From: Pseudomonadota bacterium
GTDB taxonomy: Bacteria > Desulfobacterota > Desulfobulbia > Desulfobulbales > JAHJIY01
NCBI GenBank assembly: GCA_018823175.1
Contig: JAHJIY010000066.1
Coordinates: 92,570 to 156,569 of the forward strand
Reading direction: 5' to 3'
Length of the DNA stretch: 64,000 bases
Shown here: positions 1-11,229 of the stretch, piece by piece
Layout of the letters: each line of letters starts with the position of its first letter
How positions within the stretch are numbered: position 1 is the first letter of the stretch
The notes under the pieces: generated by a model
Databases searched by the model: none
Told to the model about the DNA's origin: nothing
The model's input: the letters and a program-made list of their open reading frames with translations, nothing else
Program-made: the position numbers and the translations under genes

Positions 1-1175
1 ATCTTGGCAGCAAGATGGATGATGTTGCAGGTCTGGGCAGGATTGCCGCTCAATCGGCCAAGCAGGTCATTATTCAGAAGATGAAGGATGCGGAGAGTGA
101 TGTCATCTACGAAATGTACAAGGATCGACAGGGTGAAATTCTAAGTGGTATTGTGCAGAGATTTGAGCGGGGTAATATTATTGTTAATCTCGGACGGACC
201 GATGCTATTCTGCCTGCAAATCAGCAGATGAGTAGAAGATCATACCGACAGGGAGATCGAATCAGGGCTTATCTGCTTGAGGTAAGGAAGTCTTCACGTG
301 ATCCTCAGTTGGTTTTGAGCAGGACGGATAATCAGTTTCTTGCTAATCTTTTTGCGGCGGAAGTTCCTGAGATTGCCGAGGGCATCGTTAAAATTATGGG
401 TGTATGCCGCGAGCCTGGTTCTCGAGCCAAAATAGCAGTTAGTTCAAGTGAAGCTGATGTCGATCCGGTTGGCGCTTGTGTTGGCATGAAGGGCTCCCGG
501 GTGCAGAATGTTGTGCAGGAATTGCAGGGTGAAAAAATTGATATTGTTCCGTGGAGTCCGGATCCGGCCCGCTTTGTTTCAAATGCCTTGGCTCCGGCCC
601 AGATATCCATGGTTGTAGTTGATGAAGACAAAAAAACCTTGTTGGTCGTGGCCCCGGAAGATCAGCTTTCTCTCGCCATTGGTCGCCAGGGTCAGAACGT
701 CAGGCTTGCCTCCACATTATTAGGTTGGCGGATTGACGTCAAAGGTGAAAAGAAATACGGAAGGTCGCTGGAAGAAGGTTATCGCTCACTGGTTGGTTTG
801 AATGGTGTTGATGATAAAATTGCCGATTTTCTATACGAGGCAGGAATTACCTCGGCGGTCGAACTTGCTAAGGTTGAGTCTGATATATTTACCAAACTGG
901 AATCTGTGAACGAAGAGAGAGCCCTGAAGATAATTGCTGCTGCTCAGGCCTTTGTTGCGGCCGGCGGCACGGTTGGCAAGAAAGACTCTGCCGGAGATGC
1001 AGATATTAAAGAGGACGAAGTTGGGCTTGCAGCGGTAGAAGATGCCGGTAACGATAAACCGGCGACCATCAAGGATTTAAAAGAGGCATTGACCGCCCTT
1101 GGTGTTAAGGCCCCGGTTAAAGCTCTTAAGAAAGATCTGGAGAAGCTTTTGGATGAGGCGCAGTCTGATTTGTAA
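1..1175 (+). CDS. nusA: Transcription termination/antitermination factor NusA. The 5' end is truncated by the window edge.
   Basis: S1 domain (GEILSGIVQRFERGNIIVNLG), two KH domains (GACVGMKGSRVQNV, AIGRQGQNVRLAS) and a C-terminal acidic HhH-like tail. The first visible residues align to about residue 100 of typical NusA, so the start lies upstream of the window. It is followed by ylxR and infB, as in the canonical operon. Confidence 0.95.
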   Translation, partial: LGSKMDDVAGLGRIAAQSAKQVIIQKMKDAESDVIYEMYKDRQGEILSGIVQRFERGNIIVNLGRTDAILPANQQMSRRSYRQGDRIRAYLLEVRKSSRDPQLVLSRTDNQFLANLFAAEVPEIAEGIVKIMGVCREPGSRAKIAVSSSEADVDPVGACVGMKGSRVQNVVQELQGEKIDIVPWSPDPARFVSNALAPAQISMVVVDEDKKTLLVVAPEDQLSLAIGRQGQNVRLASTLLGWRIDVKGEKKYGRSLEEGYRSLVGLNGVDDKIADFLYEAGITSAVELAKVESDIFTKLESVNEERALKIIAAAQAFVAAGGTVGKKDSAGDADIKEDEVGLAAVEDAGNDKPATIKDLKEALTALGVKAPVKALKKDLEKLLDEAQSDL

Positions 1176-1182
1176 GGAGGAA

Positions 1183-1515
1183 GTGTTCCCTGGAGAAAAT
1201 AATGTCATCGTTGGCCGACCAATTCGGACATGTCTTGGTTGCGGGGCGGAAAAAAATAAAAAAAATCTTTGGCGTTTAACGCTAAATAAAGATGATGGCG
1301 TAATTACTTGGGATACAAAGAACCTTCTTGGTGGACGCGGAGTTTACTGCTGTCCTGATCGGGTTTGCGTGCATCGATTGCTGAAAAATAAAAAAAGACT
1401 GACCAGGGCATTTCGTGTACAAGTAGCCGGGTGGAGTGAAGCATCGGTGCTCTTATCCCCTGAGTTAACGGGAATAAAAGAGAGTTTATCTTATTCGGGA
1501 GTTGATAATGGGTAA
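1183..1515 (+). CDS. YlxR/RnpM-like DUF448 RNA-binding protein
   Basis: Motifs RTCLGCG...GRGVYCC...RAFR are typical of YlxR. A GTG at 1183 lies 3 nt after a perfect AGGAGG (1175-1180) and just after the nusA stop. The position between nusA and infB is canonical. Confidence 0.85.
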   Translation: MFPGENNVIVGRPIRTCLGCGAEKNKKNLWRLTLNKDDGVITWDTKNLLGGRGVYCCPDRVCVHRLLKNKKRLTRAFRVQVAGWSEASVLLSPELTGIKESLSYSGVDNG

Positions 1516-4231
1516 AGTTAGAGTTTATGAGTTGGCAAAAGAAGCCGAGATGGAGAGTAAGGATTTTACGGCCAAACTCATTGAAATGGGATATAGCGTC
1601 AAGTCCCATAGTTCTTCGATTGACGAGGAAATGGCCGAAGAGATTCGTCAAAAGCTTGATCTGGTGGAAACAACCACTGAAAGGAAGAGAATTCAGGCGA
1701 AAGGAAAGACCACGATAATACGGAGACGAACCAAGGTGGTACGTCGGGAAGAGACGATTCCTGTTGAGCTGGAAGATGAGGCAACGGAAGAGGAATTGTT
1801 GGCAGATGAAGTTTCGGTTGCTCCTGTTGAGGAAAAACAAATCACTCCGGTTGCGGAAAAGATTGAGCAAGGGGCCGCGGTTGTCGCTGAAGAGAAGGCG
1901 GTTGTAATCGAAGATAAAACCGTTGTGGAACCGGCCAAGGAAGAAGAAGTTTTGTCGCCTCCCGGTGAAAGGATTGTGGCAGAAGAAAATCCTCCAACCG
2001 AAGAATCAGAAGCAGTTATGGAGGAAGAATTAGAGGAAGTGTTGGCCCCGAAGAGAAAGGGGTTTGCGAGGGTTATTAAAAAAGCAGCCATAATTTTGCC
2101 CAAGGAGCAGGAAGCGGTTAAGCCTCGAAAGCAAGAAAAACCCAAAGGCAAAGTAGTCAAAGGTAAGCCTACCGGGACCCCTGTCGAAAGAGGCAAGGCC
2201 GGCCAATTTGAGCCGGGAAAACAGGATGACGATAGTAATCGTCCTAAAGGCAAGAAGGGAAAGCGGTTTGTTAAATTTCATACCGAGCCTGTCAGTCGTG
2301 ATCGTTTCAAGAAAGGGCCCGTCGGCAAGAGAACTGCCCGAGTGGAAGTTGAAATGGAGGATGTGGACGCAATTGGCGGCCGTTTACCCTCTGGTGTCAG
2401 GTTGGGTCGTGGTCAGCGCGGCGGCGGCAAAAAAAATAAACATGGTGATGGCCTCGAGGTTCAGGAAACCAAAGCTATAAAGAAACGGATCAAGGTCCTC
2501 GAAACTATTTCGGTTGGCGATCTGGCTCATCGGATGGGGGTTAAGGCAAGTGAAATCATCGCCAATCTGATGGGGCTTGGCATAATGGCTACCTTGAATC
2601 AATCGCTTGATGTTGATACCGCTACCTTGCTGGCGACTGATTTTGGTTACGAAGTAGAACAGGGCGTTACCGAGGAGCAAAGCGTCTTGAATCTGGAAGA
2701 TACCGAAGCCGGCGGGGAAGAGGTGTCCCGTCCTCCGGTGATCACGGTTATGGGGCATGTTGACCATGGCAAGACCTCGATTCTTGACGCTATCCGCAAG
2801 ACTGATGTCGCATCAGGTGAAGCTGGCGGTATTACTCAGCATATTGGCGCTCATTATGTCCGGTCCGGTAAGGGTGATCTGGTATTTCTTGACACTCCCG
2901 GCCATGCGGCTTTTACCGAGATGCGTTCTCGTGGCGCCAAGGTGACTGATATAGTTGTGCTGGTTGTTGCTGCTGATGACGGGGTGATGGATCAAACCAG
3001 AGAGGCAATTAATCATGCCAGGGCAGCCGATGTGCCGATTGTGGTTGCGATCAATAAAATTGATAAGCCGAACGCCGATCCCCTGCGGATAAAAACGGCG
3101 TTGGCTGAATATGATCTTTCGCCGGAAGAGTGGGGTGGAGAGACGATCTATTGTGAGACTTCAGCCAAGGAAAAGATCGGCATTGAAGAGTTGCTGGAGC
3201 AGATCTTGCTCCAGGCGGAGATGTTGGAACTCAAGGCTGATCCCAAAAGAAAGGCCCGGGGCTGGGTGGTTGAAGCGCAGCTCCATAAAGGGCGCGGTGC
3301 AGTGGCCACGATCCTGGTCCAACAGGGAACGCTGCGGGTGGGTGATGCCTTCGTGGTTGGTGAAAATTATGGCAAAGTGCGATCCATGCACAACGATAAA
3401 GGGACGGTTATCGATGAAGCCGGGCCGGCAACACCGGTTGAGGTTCATGGTTTAAGTGGAGTGCCACGGGCCGGTGATGAATTTATTGTGGTGTCTGATG
3501 AAAAGATGGCCAAGAGTGTCAGCGCCCAGCGTCAGCTCAAGAGCCGTGAATCGGAACTGGCTGTTTCGACGAAAATTTCCCTTGATAACCTCTTTGAGCA
3601 TCTTAAAGATAATGAGGTAAAGGAATTACGTGTTCTGTTGCGGGCCGATGTTCAAGGGACCCTTGAGGCATTTCGGTCGGCCATTGAAAAGCTTAGTACT
3701 GATGAAATAAGGGTCAAGATTCTGCATCAGGGTACTGGCGCCATTATCGAATCTGACGTACTTTTGGCCTCCGCTTCAGATGCTTTTATCTTTGGGTTTA
3801 ACGTCAGGCCAAGTACCAAAGTTCAGGAACAGGCAGATAATGAGCATGTGGACATCAGATATTATGATGTTATTTATCATGCCCTGGATGATATAACGAA
3901 AGCGATGACCGGTATGCTGGACTCGACTTTTGTCGAGAAGGTAATTGGCTCGGTGGAGGTCCGGGATATTTTCCATCATCCCAAGGCCGGGACTATTGCC
4001 GGATGTTATGTCGTTGACGGCATGGTGGACAGACATGCCAAAGTCCGTTTATTACGGGACGGGGTTGTGGTTTATACCGGCAAGATCTCCTCTTTACGCA
4101 GGTTTAAGGATGATGTCAAAGAGGTACTGACCGGGTTTGAATGTGGTATTGGCCTTGAAAATTTCAATGATGTTAAGGTCGGCGATGTTTTAGAAATCTT
4201 CCGGGTGGAAGAGGTGGCCGGGGTCCTGTAG
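1502..4231 (+). CDS. infB: Translation initiation factor IF-2
   Basis: A 909-aa ORF with a GTPase domain ([20 protein letters not shown]), a charged N-terminal region and a C-terminal IF2 domain. The true start is probably the ATG at 1508 ([12 protein letters not shown]). Confidence 0.97.
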   Translation: MIMGKVRVYELAKEAEMESKDFTAKLIEMGYSVKSHSSSIDEEMAEEIRQKLDLVETTTERKRIQAKGKTTIIRRRTKVVRREETIPVELEDEATEEELLADEVSVAPVEEKQITPVAEKIEQGAAVVAEEKAVVIEDKTVVEPAKEEEVLSPPGERIVAEENPPTEESEAVMEEELEEVLAPKRKGFARVIKKAAIILPKEQEAVKPRKQEKPKGKVVKGKPTGTPVERGKAGQFEPGKQDDDSNRPKGKKGKRFVKFHTEPVSRDRFKKGPVGKRTARVEVEMEDVDAIGGRLPSGVRLGRGQRGGGKKNKHGDGLEVQETKAIKKRIKVLETISVGDLAHRMGVKASEIIANLMGLGIMATLNQSLDVDTATLLATDFGYEVEQGVTEEQSVLNLEDTEAGGEEVSRPPVITVMGHVDHGKTSILDAIRKTDVASGEAGGITQHIGAHYVRSGKGDLVFLDTPGHAAFTEMRSRGAKVTDIVVLVVAADDGVMDQTREAINHARAADVPIVVAINKIDKPNADPLRIKTALAEYDLSPEEWGGETIYCETSAKEKIGIEELLEQILLQAEMLELKADPKRKARGWVVEAQLHKGRGAVATILVQQGTLRVGDAFVVGENYGKVRSMHNDKGTVIDEAGPATPVEVHGLSGVPRAGDEFIVVSDEKMAKSVSAQRQLKSRESELAVSTKISLDNLFEHLKDNEVKELRVLLRADVQGTLEAFRSAIEKLSTDEIRVKILHQGTGAIIESDVLLASASDAFIFGFNVRPSTKVQEQADNEHVDIRYYDVIYHALDDITKAMTGMLDSTFVEKVIGSVEVRDIFHHPKAGTIAGCYVVDGMVDRHAKVRLLRDGVVVYTGKISSLRRFKDDVKEVLTGFECGIGLENFNDVKVGDVLEIFRVEEVAGVL

Positions 4232-4234
4232 AGA

Positions 4235-4630
4235 ATGGCTTTAAAAAAATCAAAGTCCAGGTTTGCTTTGCCTGAATTGGGGAAATCCCCCGGGCGGCGA
4301 CCGGTGAGAGTAGCTGATAATATAAAAATCGAAATTGCGACCCTTCTGTTACGCAAAATCAAGGATCCCAGAGTCTATCTGGTGACGATCACAGAGGTTA
4401 TGGTGACCGACGATCTCAGGCAGGCCAGGGTTTATTTCAGTTGTGGTGAGGGCGAGGAGAAAAATGTGGAGGGTGGATTGAACAGCGCAAAAGGGTTCAT
4501 CCGCAAGCATCTGGCCAAAGAGCTTGGCATGAGGTATGTGCCGGAGCTAACCTTCGTCCATGATTTGTCATTGGCGAAGAAGGCCGAAATGGAAACAATC
4601 TTCAGGGAAATCGCCAGCGAAAATGAGTGA
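4235..4630 (+). CDS. rbfA: Ribosome-binding factor A
   Basis: RVADNIKIEIATLL...VTITEVMVTDDLRQARVYFS is the RbfA KH-like signature. It lies immediately after infB. Confidence 0.93.
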   Translation: MALKKSKSRFALPELGKSPGRRPVRVADNIKIEIATLLLRKIKDPRVYLVTITEVMVTDDLRQARVYFSCGEGEEKNVEGGLNSAKGFIRKHLAKELGMRYVPELTFVHDLSLAKKAEMETIFREIASENE

Positions 4631-5588
4631 AGTACCCAGCCAGATAGTCCAAAAGTTACGCAATGCCAGTAATATTCTGGTGCTTACCCATGTCTATCCC
4701 GATGGTGATGCACTGGGCTCGCAACTGGCGTTTGGGGAGATACTCTCGGCTCTGGGTAAGAAGTTCTTTTTATTCGGCGAAGAGAAGGTTTCTTATATTT
4801 ATGATTTTTTACCGGGCTGTGAAGTTCTTGGTGCAGATTTGCCTGATTTGGCCGAGTTTGACTGCGTGGTTGCACTAGATTGCGGAGATTGTCATCGCCT
4901 GGGGCGGAAGATGGCGGAGGTTCTTGCGGTTACGCCCTTCATCATGATTGATCATCATGCCGGGAATAAGTTGTTTGGCGACATGCATTGGGTTGATTCC
5001 AAAAGAGCATCTACCGGCGAAATGGTCTATGACCTGGCGATTGCTCTGGGCGCGGAAATTTCATACGCCGCTGCCTTTTGTCTGTATACGGCGATTGTTT
5101 CCGATACCGGGTCTTTTAAGTATTCTTCCACCACGGCTGGTACTTTCCGGGTGGCTGGAGAGTTGGTTGCCCGTGGCGTGATGCCCTCGGAAGTGGCGGG
5201 GAAGCTATTTGACAATTTTACCGTTAACCGGTTACGGCTGTTGCGGATGGTTCTCGACTCTCTGGAACTCCATGATAAGGCGCGAATTGCTTTTATCTCG
5301 GTAACGGCTGAAATGTTCAATGAAACCGGGGCAACACAGGCGGATACCGAGTCATTTATAAATTATCCAAGATCGCTCAGTAGCGTAAATGTGGCGGTAT
5401 TTTTTAAAGAAAGCGCCAATAATATTATTTCGGTAAGTCTTCGTTCCAAGGGAACGGAATGTGATGTCGCGGAAATTGCCGCCGGGTTTGGTGGAGGCGG
5501 TCATCGTAATGCCGCCGGCTTTAAAATGCCGGGCGCAAAAATTGCTGAAGTTAAAACCAGACTTTTGAAGGTGTTGCTGACCGACTGA
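4623..5588 (+). CDS. DHH/DHHA1 phosphoesterase (NrnA-like oligoribonuclease/pAp phosphatase)
   Basis: Motifs DGDALGS, MIDHHAG and GGGGHRNAAG. The ATG at 4623 avoids the long overlap with rbfA that the 4560 ORF start implies. Confidence 0.85.
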   Translation: MSEVPSQIVQKLRNASNILVLTHVYPDGDALGSQLAFGEILSALGKKFFLFGEEKVSYIYDFLPGCEVLGADLPDLAEFDCVVALDCGDCHRLGRKMAEVLAVTPFIMIDHHAGNKLFGDMHWVDSKRASTGEMVYDLAIALGAEISYAAAFCLYTAIVSDTGSFKYSSTTAGTFRVAGELVARGVMPSEVAGKLFDNFTVNRLRLLRMVLDSLELHDKARIAFISVTAEMFNETGATQADTESFINYPRSLSSVNVAVFFKESANNIISVSLRSKGTECDVAEIAAGFGGGGHRNAAGFKMPGAKIAEVKTRLLKVLLTD

Positions 5589-6388
5589 TGGTCGAGGCAT
5601 ACTTTCGTGGTTTTATAATGGTTGAAAAAACAGGTTCGGTCCAAGCAGACTTATCGGTAACTGGGAGTAATGAGTTCCAGGCCGGGATTTTTTTGATTGA
5701 TAAGCCTGTCGGTCCCACTTCTTTCAGGGTGGTCCAACAAGTTAGGCGTGCTCTGGGCATAAAAAAAGTGGGCCATGCCGGCACCCTTGATCCATGTGCT
5801 TCAGGACTTTTGGTGGTTTGTGTCGGGAGATCGGCAACCAGGATAATTTCCAGCTTGGTGGCGGGCGAAAAAGAATACGAAGCTACCTTGAAGCTTGGGG
5901 TGACAACCGATACCCTTGATATGGAAGGCAAGATAGTCGAGCAAAGACCGGTCGGTTCAATGGAGCGGGCAAAAATCGAGATCTGCCTGGCTGGTTTTGT
6001 CGGTGAGCAGCAACAGGTTCCGCCTCAATTTTCAGCCGTCAAGCATAAGGGTAAGCCTCTTTATCATTATGCCAGAAAGGGCATAGAAATTGTTAAGGAA
6101 CCAAGAAGGATCGAGATCACGAAGATCGATTGTCTTGAAGTCGGGGATGATGCCACGGTTACCTTTAGAGTCGCTTGTAGTAAGGGAACATATATAAGGG
6201 TTTTGGCCGCGGATATTGGCGAGTCCCTTGGTTGCGGTGCACACCTGATTGCCCTTCGGCGCTTGAGGAGCGGTCCTTTCCGGGTGGAAGATGCTTTGCC
6301 CGGTTTGGGATTGTTGGATAAGGATCCGGCCCGTGCTTTGTTGTTGGAGCATCTGCTGACGGTAGAAGATGTTCTGGGTAGTATTTAG
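5588..6388 (+). CDS. truB: tRNA pseudouridine(55) synthase TruB
   Basis: GIFLIDKPVGPTSF...VGHAGTLDPCASGLLVV is the TruB catalytic Asp motif. The ATG overlaps the preceding stop (TGATG). Confidence 0.93.
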   Translation: MVEAYFRGFIMVEKTGSVQADLSVTGSNEFQAGIFLIDKPVGPTSFRVVQQVRRALGIKKVGHAGTLDPCASGLLVVCVGRSATRIISSLVAGEKEYEATLKLGVTTDTLDMEGKIVEQRPVGSMERAKIEICLAGFVGEQQQVPPQFSAVKHKGKPLYHYARKGIEIVKEPRRIEITKIDCLEVGDDATVTFRVACSKGTYIRVLAADIGESLGCGAHLIALRRLRSGPFRVEDALPGLGLLDKDPARALLLEHLLTVEDVLGSI

Positions 6389-6573
6389 GTTATTGTTCAA
6401 AACTATTGTTCTTTAGTTAATTTGTTTTGGGCATTTTAGAGTTTAATGAATTTCCAGCTGTGCTGGATAAGATTGCCGGCGAAAATATTTCTTTTCAAGG
6501 CGGTCTACAGTAGGAGTCAATGGTTATGCAAATGACTATGATGTCCTGAATTTTAAATGTATAGGAGGTTATT

Positions 6574-6843
6574 GTGACACTTAAAGCTGATCAGAAACAA
6601 GAAATTATGGGTAAGTTCGCGAAACATGAAAAAGATACCGGTTCGCCGGAAGTACAGATCGCTTTGCTCAGTGGGCGGATTACATATCTGACCGAGCATT
6701 TCAAAGCCCATAAGAAGGACCATCATTCCAGACGTGGTTTACTTAAACTGGTAGGTCAAAGAAGGCGGTTGTTGAGCTATCTCAAAGATAAGGATCTTGA
6801 CTGCTATCGTAATGTTATCAAGGAGTTGGGTATCAGAAAATAA
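6574..6843 (+). CDS. rpsO: 30S ribosomal protein S15
   Basis: An 89-aa ORF with [36 protein letters not shown]. It has a GTG start preceded by AGGAGG and lies upstream of pnp. Confidence 0.97.
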   Translation: MTLKADQKQEIMGKFAKHEKDTGSPEVQIALLSGRITYLTEHFKAHKKDHHSRRGLLKLVGQRRRLLSYLKDKDLDCYRNVIKELGIRK

Positions 6844-6876
6844 GATACCATCTGCCCCTGTTCCGGAATTTCATGG

Positions 6877-6950
6877 CAATGTCACTGGAGGATTTCTCAA
6901 GTGACATTGTCCAATTGAGGGGGCTAAAATTACTGACAGGCAGCTGTCAG
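6877..6950 (+). promoter_or_regulatory. Two stem-loops in the rpsO-pnp intergenic leader
   Basis: CAATGTCACT (6877-6886) pairs with AGTGACATTG (6900-6909). CTGACAG (6933-6939) pairs with CTGTCAG (6944-6950), directly abutting the pnp RBS AGGAG (6951-6955). Confidence 0.5.
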
Positions 6951-6960
6951 AGGAGAATGC

Positions 6961-9051
6961 ATGAATAAAAAAGTAGAAGTTGATATTGGCGGGCGAATGC
7001 TTTCCATTGAGACCGGTCGACTGGCCAAACAGGCCGGTGGTGCAGTCCTGGTCACTTATGGCGAAACAGTGGTGCTGGTTACGGCTACTGCGGCCAAGGA
7101 TGCCCGTGAAGAAGTAGATTTTCTGCCCCTTACTGTCGAGTATCAGGAGAGGTTTTATGCGGTCGGTAAAATTCCGGGCAGCTTTTTCCGGCGTGAAATA
7201 GGGCGGCCGACTGAAAAGGAAACATTGACTTGTCGATTTATTGACCGTCCGCTCAGGCCATTGTTTGCTGAGGGCTACCAAAATGAGACCCAGGTTATTG
7301 CTACTGTTTTGTCAGCCGACAAGCAGAATGATCCTAATATGTTGGCGATGATTGGTGCCTCCTGTTCGCTGGGTATTTCAAATATCCCCTTTCTTGGCCC
7401 GATTGCCGGGGTGAGGGTTGGCTTTATTGATGGCGAGTATGTCTTGAATCCCACCTATGACCAGCAGGAGAAATCACGGCTGGATTTGATTGTGGCCGGG
7501 ACCAGGAAAGCGGTGGTGATGGTTGAAGGTGGTGCCGATTCACTTTCCGAGGAAGAGATCCTTGGTGGTATTTTCTTCGGGCATGAGTCTTTACAGCCTA
7601 TTCTTGATATCCAGGAAGAAATGAAGGCCGCGGTCGGCAAAACTAAAATGGTCGTTGTGCCGAAACCGGTCAACGAGGAGCTGCAGAAGAAGGTGGCGGA
7701 AATCGCGACTGGCGAGATGCTGAAGGTGATCAGCACCCTCGACAAGATGGAACGCAGTGAGGCCTCCCAGGAACTGCAGAAAAAAGTTGTGCTTGAGGTG
7801 GGAGAGACTTTCCCCGATTCGGTCAATGAAATCAAGGCCTCTTTTAAAGAGCTCAACAAGAGGATGATGCGTGACCGGATTGTGAAAGATAATGCCCGGA
7901 TTGATGGCCGCAAGATGGACGAGATCCGGCCGATCAGTTGTGAGGTCGGCACTCTGCCCAGAGTTCATGGCTCGGCCCTTTTTACTCGCGGCGAGACCCA
8001 GGCCATTGTCACCGCTACCTTGGGCAGTTCAGAGGATGAGCAGCGGGTAGAGTCTTTGTATGGCATGGATTTTAATCCTTTCATGCTTCATTATAATTTT
8101 CCTCCCTACTGTGTTGGCGAGGTTAGGTTCATGCGCGGCCCGAGTCGTCGTGATATCGGCCATGGCGCCTTGGCGACCAGAGCGATTCAGGCGGTATTGC
8201 CGGACCGCGACAAATTTCCATATACCTTGCGGATTGTTTCCGAGATTACCGAATCAAACGGGTCATCTTCAATGGCGACCGTCTGTGGCGGCAGCATGGC
8301 CTTAATGGACGCCGGCGTACCGATTAAAAAACCGGTGGCCGGAGTCGCCATGGGCTTGATTAAAGAGGATGACAAGGTAATCGTTCTTTCTGATATCCTC
8401 GGTGATGAAGATCATCTGGGTGATATGGATTTCAAGGTTACAGGAACCGATGAAGGAATTACCGCCCTGCAGATGGATATCAAGATCGAGGGCGTTTCCC
8501 GAGAGATTATGACCAAGGCGCTGGATCAGGCCAAGGCCGGCCGGGTTCATATTCTGGGTGAGATGCAGAAGGGGATTGCTGCCCATCGGCCTGAGTTGCC
8601 GGAGCATGCGCCAAAAATATTCTCCCTGCAGATCAATCCGGACAAGATCCGTGATCTGATTGGCCCGGGTGGCAAGATCATCAAGGGGCTGAGCGCTGAT
8701 TACGGTGTGAAGATCGACGTTGAGGATTCAGGTAAAGTCAGCATTTTTGCACCGGACGGTCAGGTTGGTGCGAAAGTGACCGAGGCGATCAAGGCGATCA
8801 CCGAAGAGGCCGAAATTGGTAAAATCTACAAAGGTATCGTTCAGAAGATTGTTGATTTCGGAGCGTTTGTTGAGATTATGCCGGGGACCGATGGTCTGAT
8901 TCATATCTCTGAACTTGATAACAAACGGGTTGAGAATGTGACCGATGTGCTGAAAGAAGGAGACGAAGTAATGGTCAAGGTGTTAAATGTTGACCAGCGT
9001 GGCAAGATTCGTCTTAGTCGCAAGGCCGTGTTAAACGAATCCGATTCTTGA
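6961..9051 (+). CDS. pnp: Polyribonucleotide nucleotidyltransferase (PNPase)
   Basis: A 696-aa ORF with two RNase PH domains, a KH domain (IGPGGKIIKGL) and a C-terminal S1 domain (GIVQKIVDFGAFVEI). Confidence 0.98.
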   Translation: MNKKVEVDIGGRMLSIETGRLAKQAGGAVLVTYGETVVLVTATAAKDAREEVDFLPLTVEYQERFYAVGKIPGSFFRREIGRPTEKETLTCRFIDRPLRPLFAEGYQNETQVIATVLSADKQNDPNMLAMIGASCSLGISNIPFLGPIAGVRVGFIDGEYVLNPTYDQQEKSRLDLIVAGTRKAVVMVEGGADSLSEEEILGGIFFGHESLQPILDIQEEMKAAVGKTKMVVVPKPVNEELQKKVAEIATGEMLKVISTLDKMERSEASQELQKKVVLEVGETFPDSVNEIKASFKELNKRMMRDRIVKDNARIDGRKMDEIRPISCEVGTLPRVHGSALFTRGETQAIVTATLGSSEDEQRVESLYGMDFNPFMLHYNFPPYCVGEVRFMRGPSRRDIGHGALATRAIQAVLPDRDKFPYTLRIVSEITESNGSSSMATVCGGSMALMDAGVPIKKPVAGVAMGLIKEDDKVIVLSDILGDEDHLGDMDFKVTGTDEGITALQMDIKIEGVSREIMTKALDQAKAGRVHILGEMQKGIAAHRPELPEHAPKIFSLQINPDKIRDLIGPGGKIIKGLSADYGVKIDVEDSGKVSIFAPDGQVGAKVTEAIKAITEEAEIGKIYKGIVQKIVDFGAFVEIMPGTDGLIHISELDNKRVENVTDVLKEGDEVMVKVLNVDQRGKIRLSRKAVLNESDS

Positions 9052-9121
9052 TATCTTTCCTGGCCAGATGAAAGGCTTGCTGCATAATTTGATTTTTACG
9101 AAGCCGGCACTCTTTGTGGTG

Positions 9122-9150
9122 TTTGAGGTCCAGTTTTTTTGGACCTCAAA
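9122..9150 (+). terminator. Hairpin downstream of pnp, a possible terminator
   Basis: TTTGAGGTCC (9122-9131) pairs with GGACCTCAAA (9141-9150) around a T-rich loop. There is no strong 3' T-tract, so it is an atypical terminator. Confidence 0.4.
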
Positions 9151-9291
9151 GGTTGTCGGTTTCGTGAAAAGTCCTTTCAAACGACCGGTAGAGCCATTAA
9201 TCTTTAAGATTTAACCTCGGATCAATTGGTTGATTCTTTTCTTGTACGAAGCCTTAAATCTTGGCTGAATCCTTCAAATCCATTCTTTTTA

Positions 9292-10548
9292 ATGTGCCAA
9301 AAAACAGTTTTTGAAAACGGTGTTCGGATTATTACCGAGAAGATTCCATCCCGGACTGCCGCAGTCGGCATTTGGGTGGATACCGGCTCCCGCGATGAGA
9401 ATGAGCTCAATAACGGTTGCGCTCATTTTGTCGAGCACATGCTTTTCAAGGGGACCAAGCTCCGTTCCGCCCAGCAGATCGCCCAGGAACTCGATGTTCT
9501 CGGCGGCATGTCCAACGCTTTTACTTCCCAGGAAAATACCTGTTTTTACGCTACCGTCCTGGACACTCATCTGTCTGAAATATCCGAGCTTCTGACTGAT
9601 CTTTTTCTTGATTCCGTTTTTGATCAGGTCGAAGTTGAGCGGGAGCGGCAGGTGATTCTGCAGGAAATCAGCATGGTGGAGGATAATCCAGATGAGCTGA
9701 TCCATGATATTTTCCCCTCCCTGATTTTTGGCAAGCATCCTTTGGGCAATACCGTGCTCGGTTCCCGTGAGGTCGTTTCTGCCCTGGACTCCGCAAAACT
9801 AGCGGATTACGTGAGCCGTTATTATACCCCGGATCGGATTGTGATTACCGGGGCCGGCAATGTCGATCATCAGCAGTTTGTTAATTTGTGGCGGGATAGA
9901 TTCGGCGCTGTGCACGATAATACGGGTATCGGGTTATTACGGCAGAAGCCTGCGTCCCAGTCAGGGCAACGTCTGGTTATCAATAAGGCCCTTGAGCAAG
10001 CGCATATTCTGATGGGGGTTTCCGGCCTGCCGATTCCTTCGGATGATCGATATGCTTTGCTGTTGCTTAATATTATTCTGGGCGGCAATATGAGTTCCCG
10101 ACTTTTCCAGGAAGTGCGTGAGAAAAAGGGTCTGGCCTATTCGGTTTATTCATATATCTCTTCATATCTGGATTGCGGTTCGGTCGGAATTTATCTCGGG
10201 GTTGAGCCTTCTTCGGTTAATGAGGCGCTGTCTTTGGTGATGCGGGAACTTGAATTGTTGCGCACCAGGGAGATGAGTAGCAAGGAATTAACCAATGCCA
10301 AGGAGTATGCCAAGGCCGGGATGTTTCTGTCATCTGAAAATATGGAGTCCCGGATGAATAGATTGGCCAGAAATGAAATCTATTTCAACCGGTTTATTCC
10401 GATCGAAGAAGTGGTGGTGGCCATTGATGCAGTAACCACTTCCGATCTGATGATGATGGCGGCCCGTCTTTTTGGGGTCACTGCCATGCCGATTGCAGCT
10501 TTAGGGCCGCTCACCGAGGAAGATATCGACTGGAGCCTGCTGAGATGA
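9292..10548 (+). CDS. M16 family zinc metallopeptidase (insulinase-like)
   Basis: Inverted zinc motif [10 protein letters not shown]. The start is taken as the ATG at 9292 ([16 protein letters not shown]), which matches typical M16 N-termini. Confidence 0.9.
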   Translation: MCQKTVFENGVRIITEKIPSRTAAVGIWVDTGSRDENELNNGCAHFVEHMLFKGTKLRSAQQIAQELDVLGGMSNAFTSQENTCFYATVLDTHLSEISELLTDLFLDSVFDQVEVERERQVILQEISMVEDNPDELIHDIFPSLIFGKHPLGNTVLGSREVVSALDSAKLADYVSRYYTPDRIVITGAGNVDHQQFVNLWRDRFGAVHDNTGIGLLRQKPASQSGQRLVINKALEQAHILMGVSGLPIPSDDRYALLLLNIILGGNMSSRLFQEVREKKGLAYSVYSYISSYLDCGSVGIYLGVEPSSVNEALSLVMRELELLRTREMSSKELTNAKEYAKAGMFLSSENMESRMNRLARNEIYFNRFIPIEEVVVAIDAVTTSDLMMMAARLFGVTAMPIAALGPLTEEDIDWSLLR

Positions 10549-11030
10549 CCAGGGAGCAAATAAATAATAATTCAGGTTTTGAAGTTGAAGTTGAGTTCTG
10601 CTGGCTGGTTCCGGAGCAGAGTACTGATTTGCCATTGCCTCATTATCATTCAAAGCTGGCGGCTGGCATGGACGTGGCAGCGGCGCTGATTGATCCGTTG
10701 GTTATTCCGCCGGGGACGATTGCGATGATTCCGACCGGTTTTGCTGTTGCTATTCCGGCCGGGTTTGAAATACAGGTCAGGCCACGTAGCGGTCTGGCGA
10801 TCAAACACGGGATTACGGTGGTTAATGCCCCTGGCACCATTGATGCCGATTATCGTGGCGAGGTCAAGATCGGGCTGATAAATCTGGGGCGGGAACCTTT
10901 CACGATCAACCGGGGTGACCGGGTTGCCCAGTTGGTTCTGGCCCCGGTATGCAAGGCTTCCCTCAAGATCGTCGCTGAGTTGTCCAAGACCGCGCGACAG
11001 GATGGCGGGTTTGGCCATACCGGCATCTAG
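10545..11030 (+). CDS. dut: dUTP diphosphatase
   Basis: [28 protein letters not shown] and [10 protein letters not shown] are dUTPase motifs 1-5. Confidence 0.95.
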   Translation: MTREQINNNSGFEVEVEFCWLVPEQSTDLPLPHYHSKLAAGMDVAAALIDPLVIPPGTIAMIPTGFAVAIPAGFEIQVRPRSGLAIKHGITVVNAPGTIDADYRGEVKIGLINLGREPFTINRGDRVAQLVLAPVCKASLKIVAELSKTARQDGGFGHTGI

Positions 11031-11229
11031 CTTGCTCTTTTTTATGATGATTATCTAGGCCGTTGTTCTACCAGAAGGTGGCACGCCCAAGACAAGCCTT
11101 GTATCTCTCTCCCTTCCGCATTTAAAATAAATCCAAGCAGTTATCTGTGCCAAATTATCGATTTTGCAGTAGATTAATTTCTTTGGCCGATAGGTCCTGG
11201 AATTGATTATTCATTTATAGAGTCAAGAG

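Noticed and set aside
1099-1182. The 5' extension of the ylxR-like ORF, which overlaps the end of nusA
   Set aside because: The extension (MVLRPRLKLLRKIWRSFWMRRSLICKEE) has no YlxR-like sequence. A GTG at 1183 with a perfect AGGAGG just upstream gives a protein that starts right before the conserved RTCLGCG motif.
11140-11170. A TGGCACAGATAACTGC string on the minus strand between dut and the MBL hydrolase gene
   Set aside because: The GG-GC spacing is off by one, the -12 element reads CTGC, and there is no minus-strand gene downstream for it to drive.
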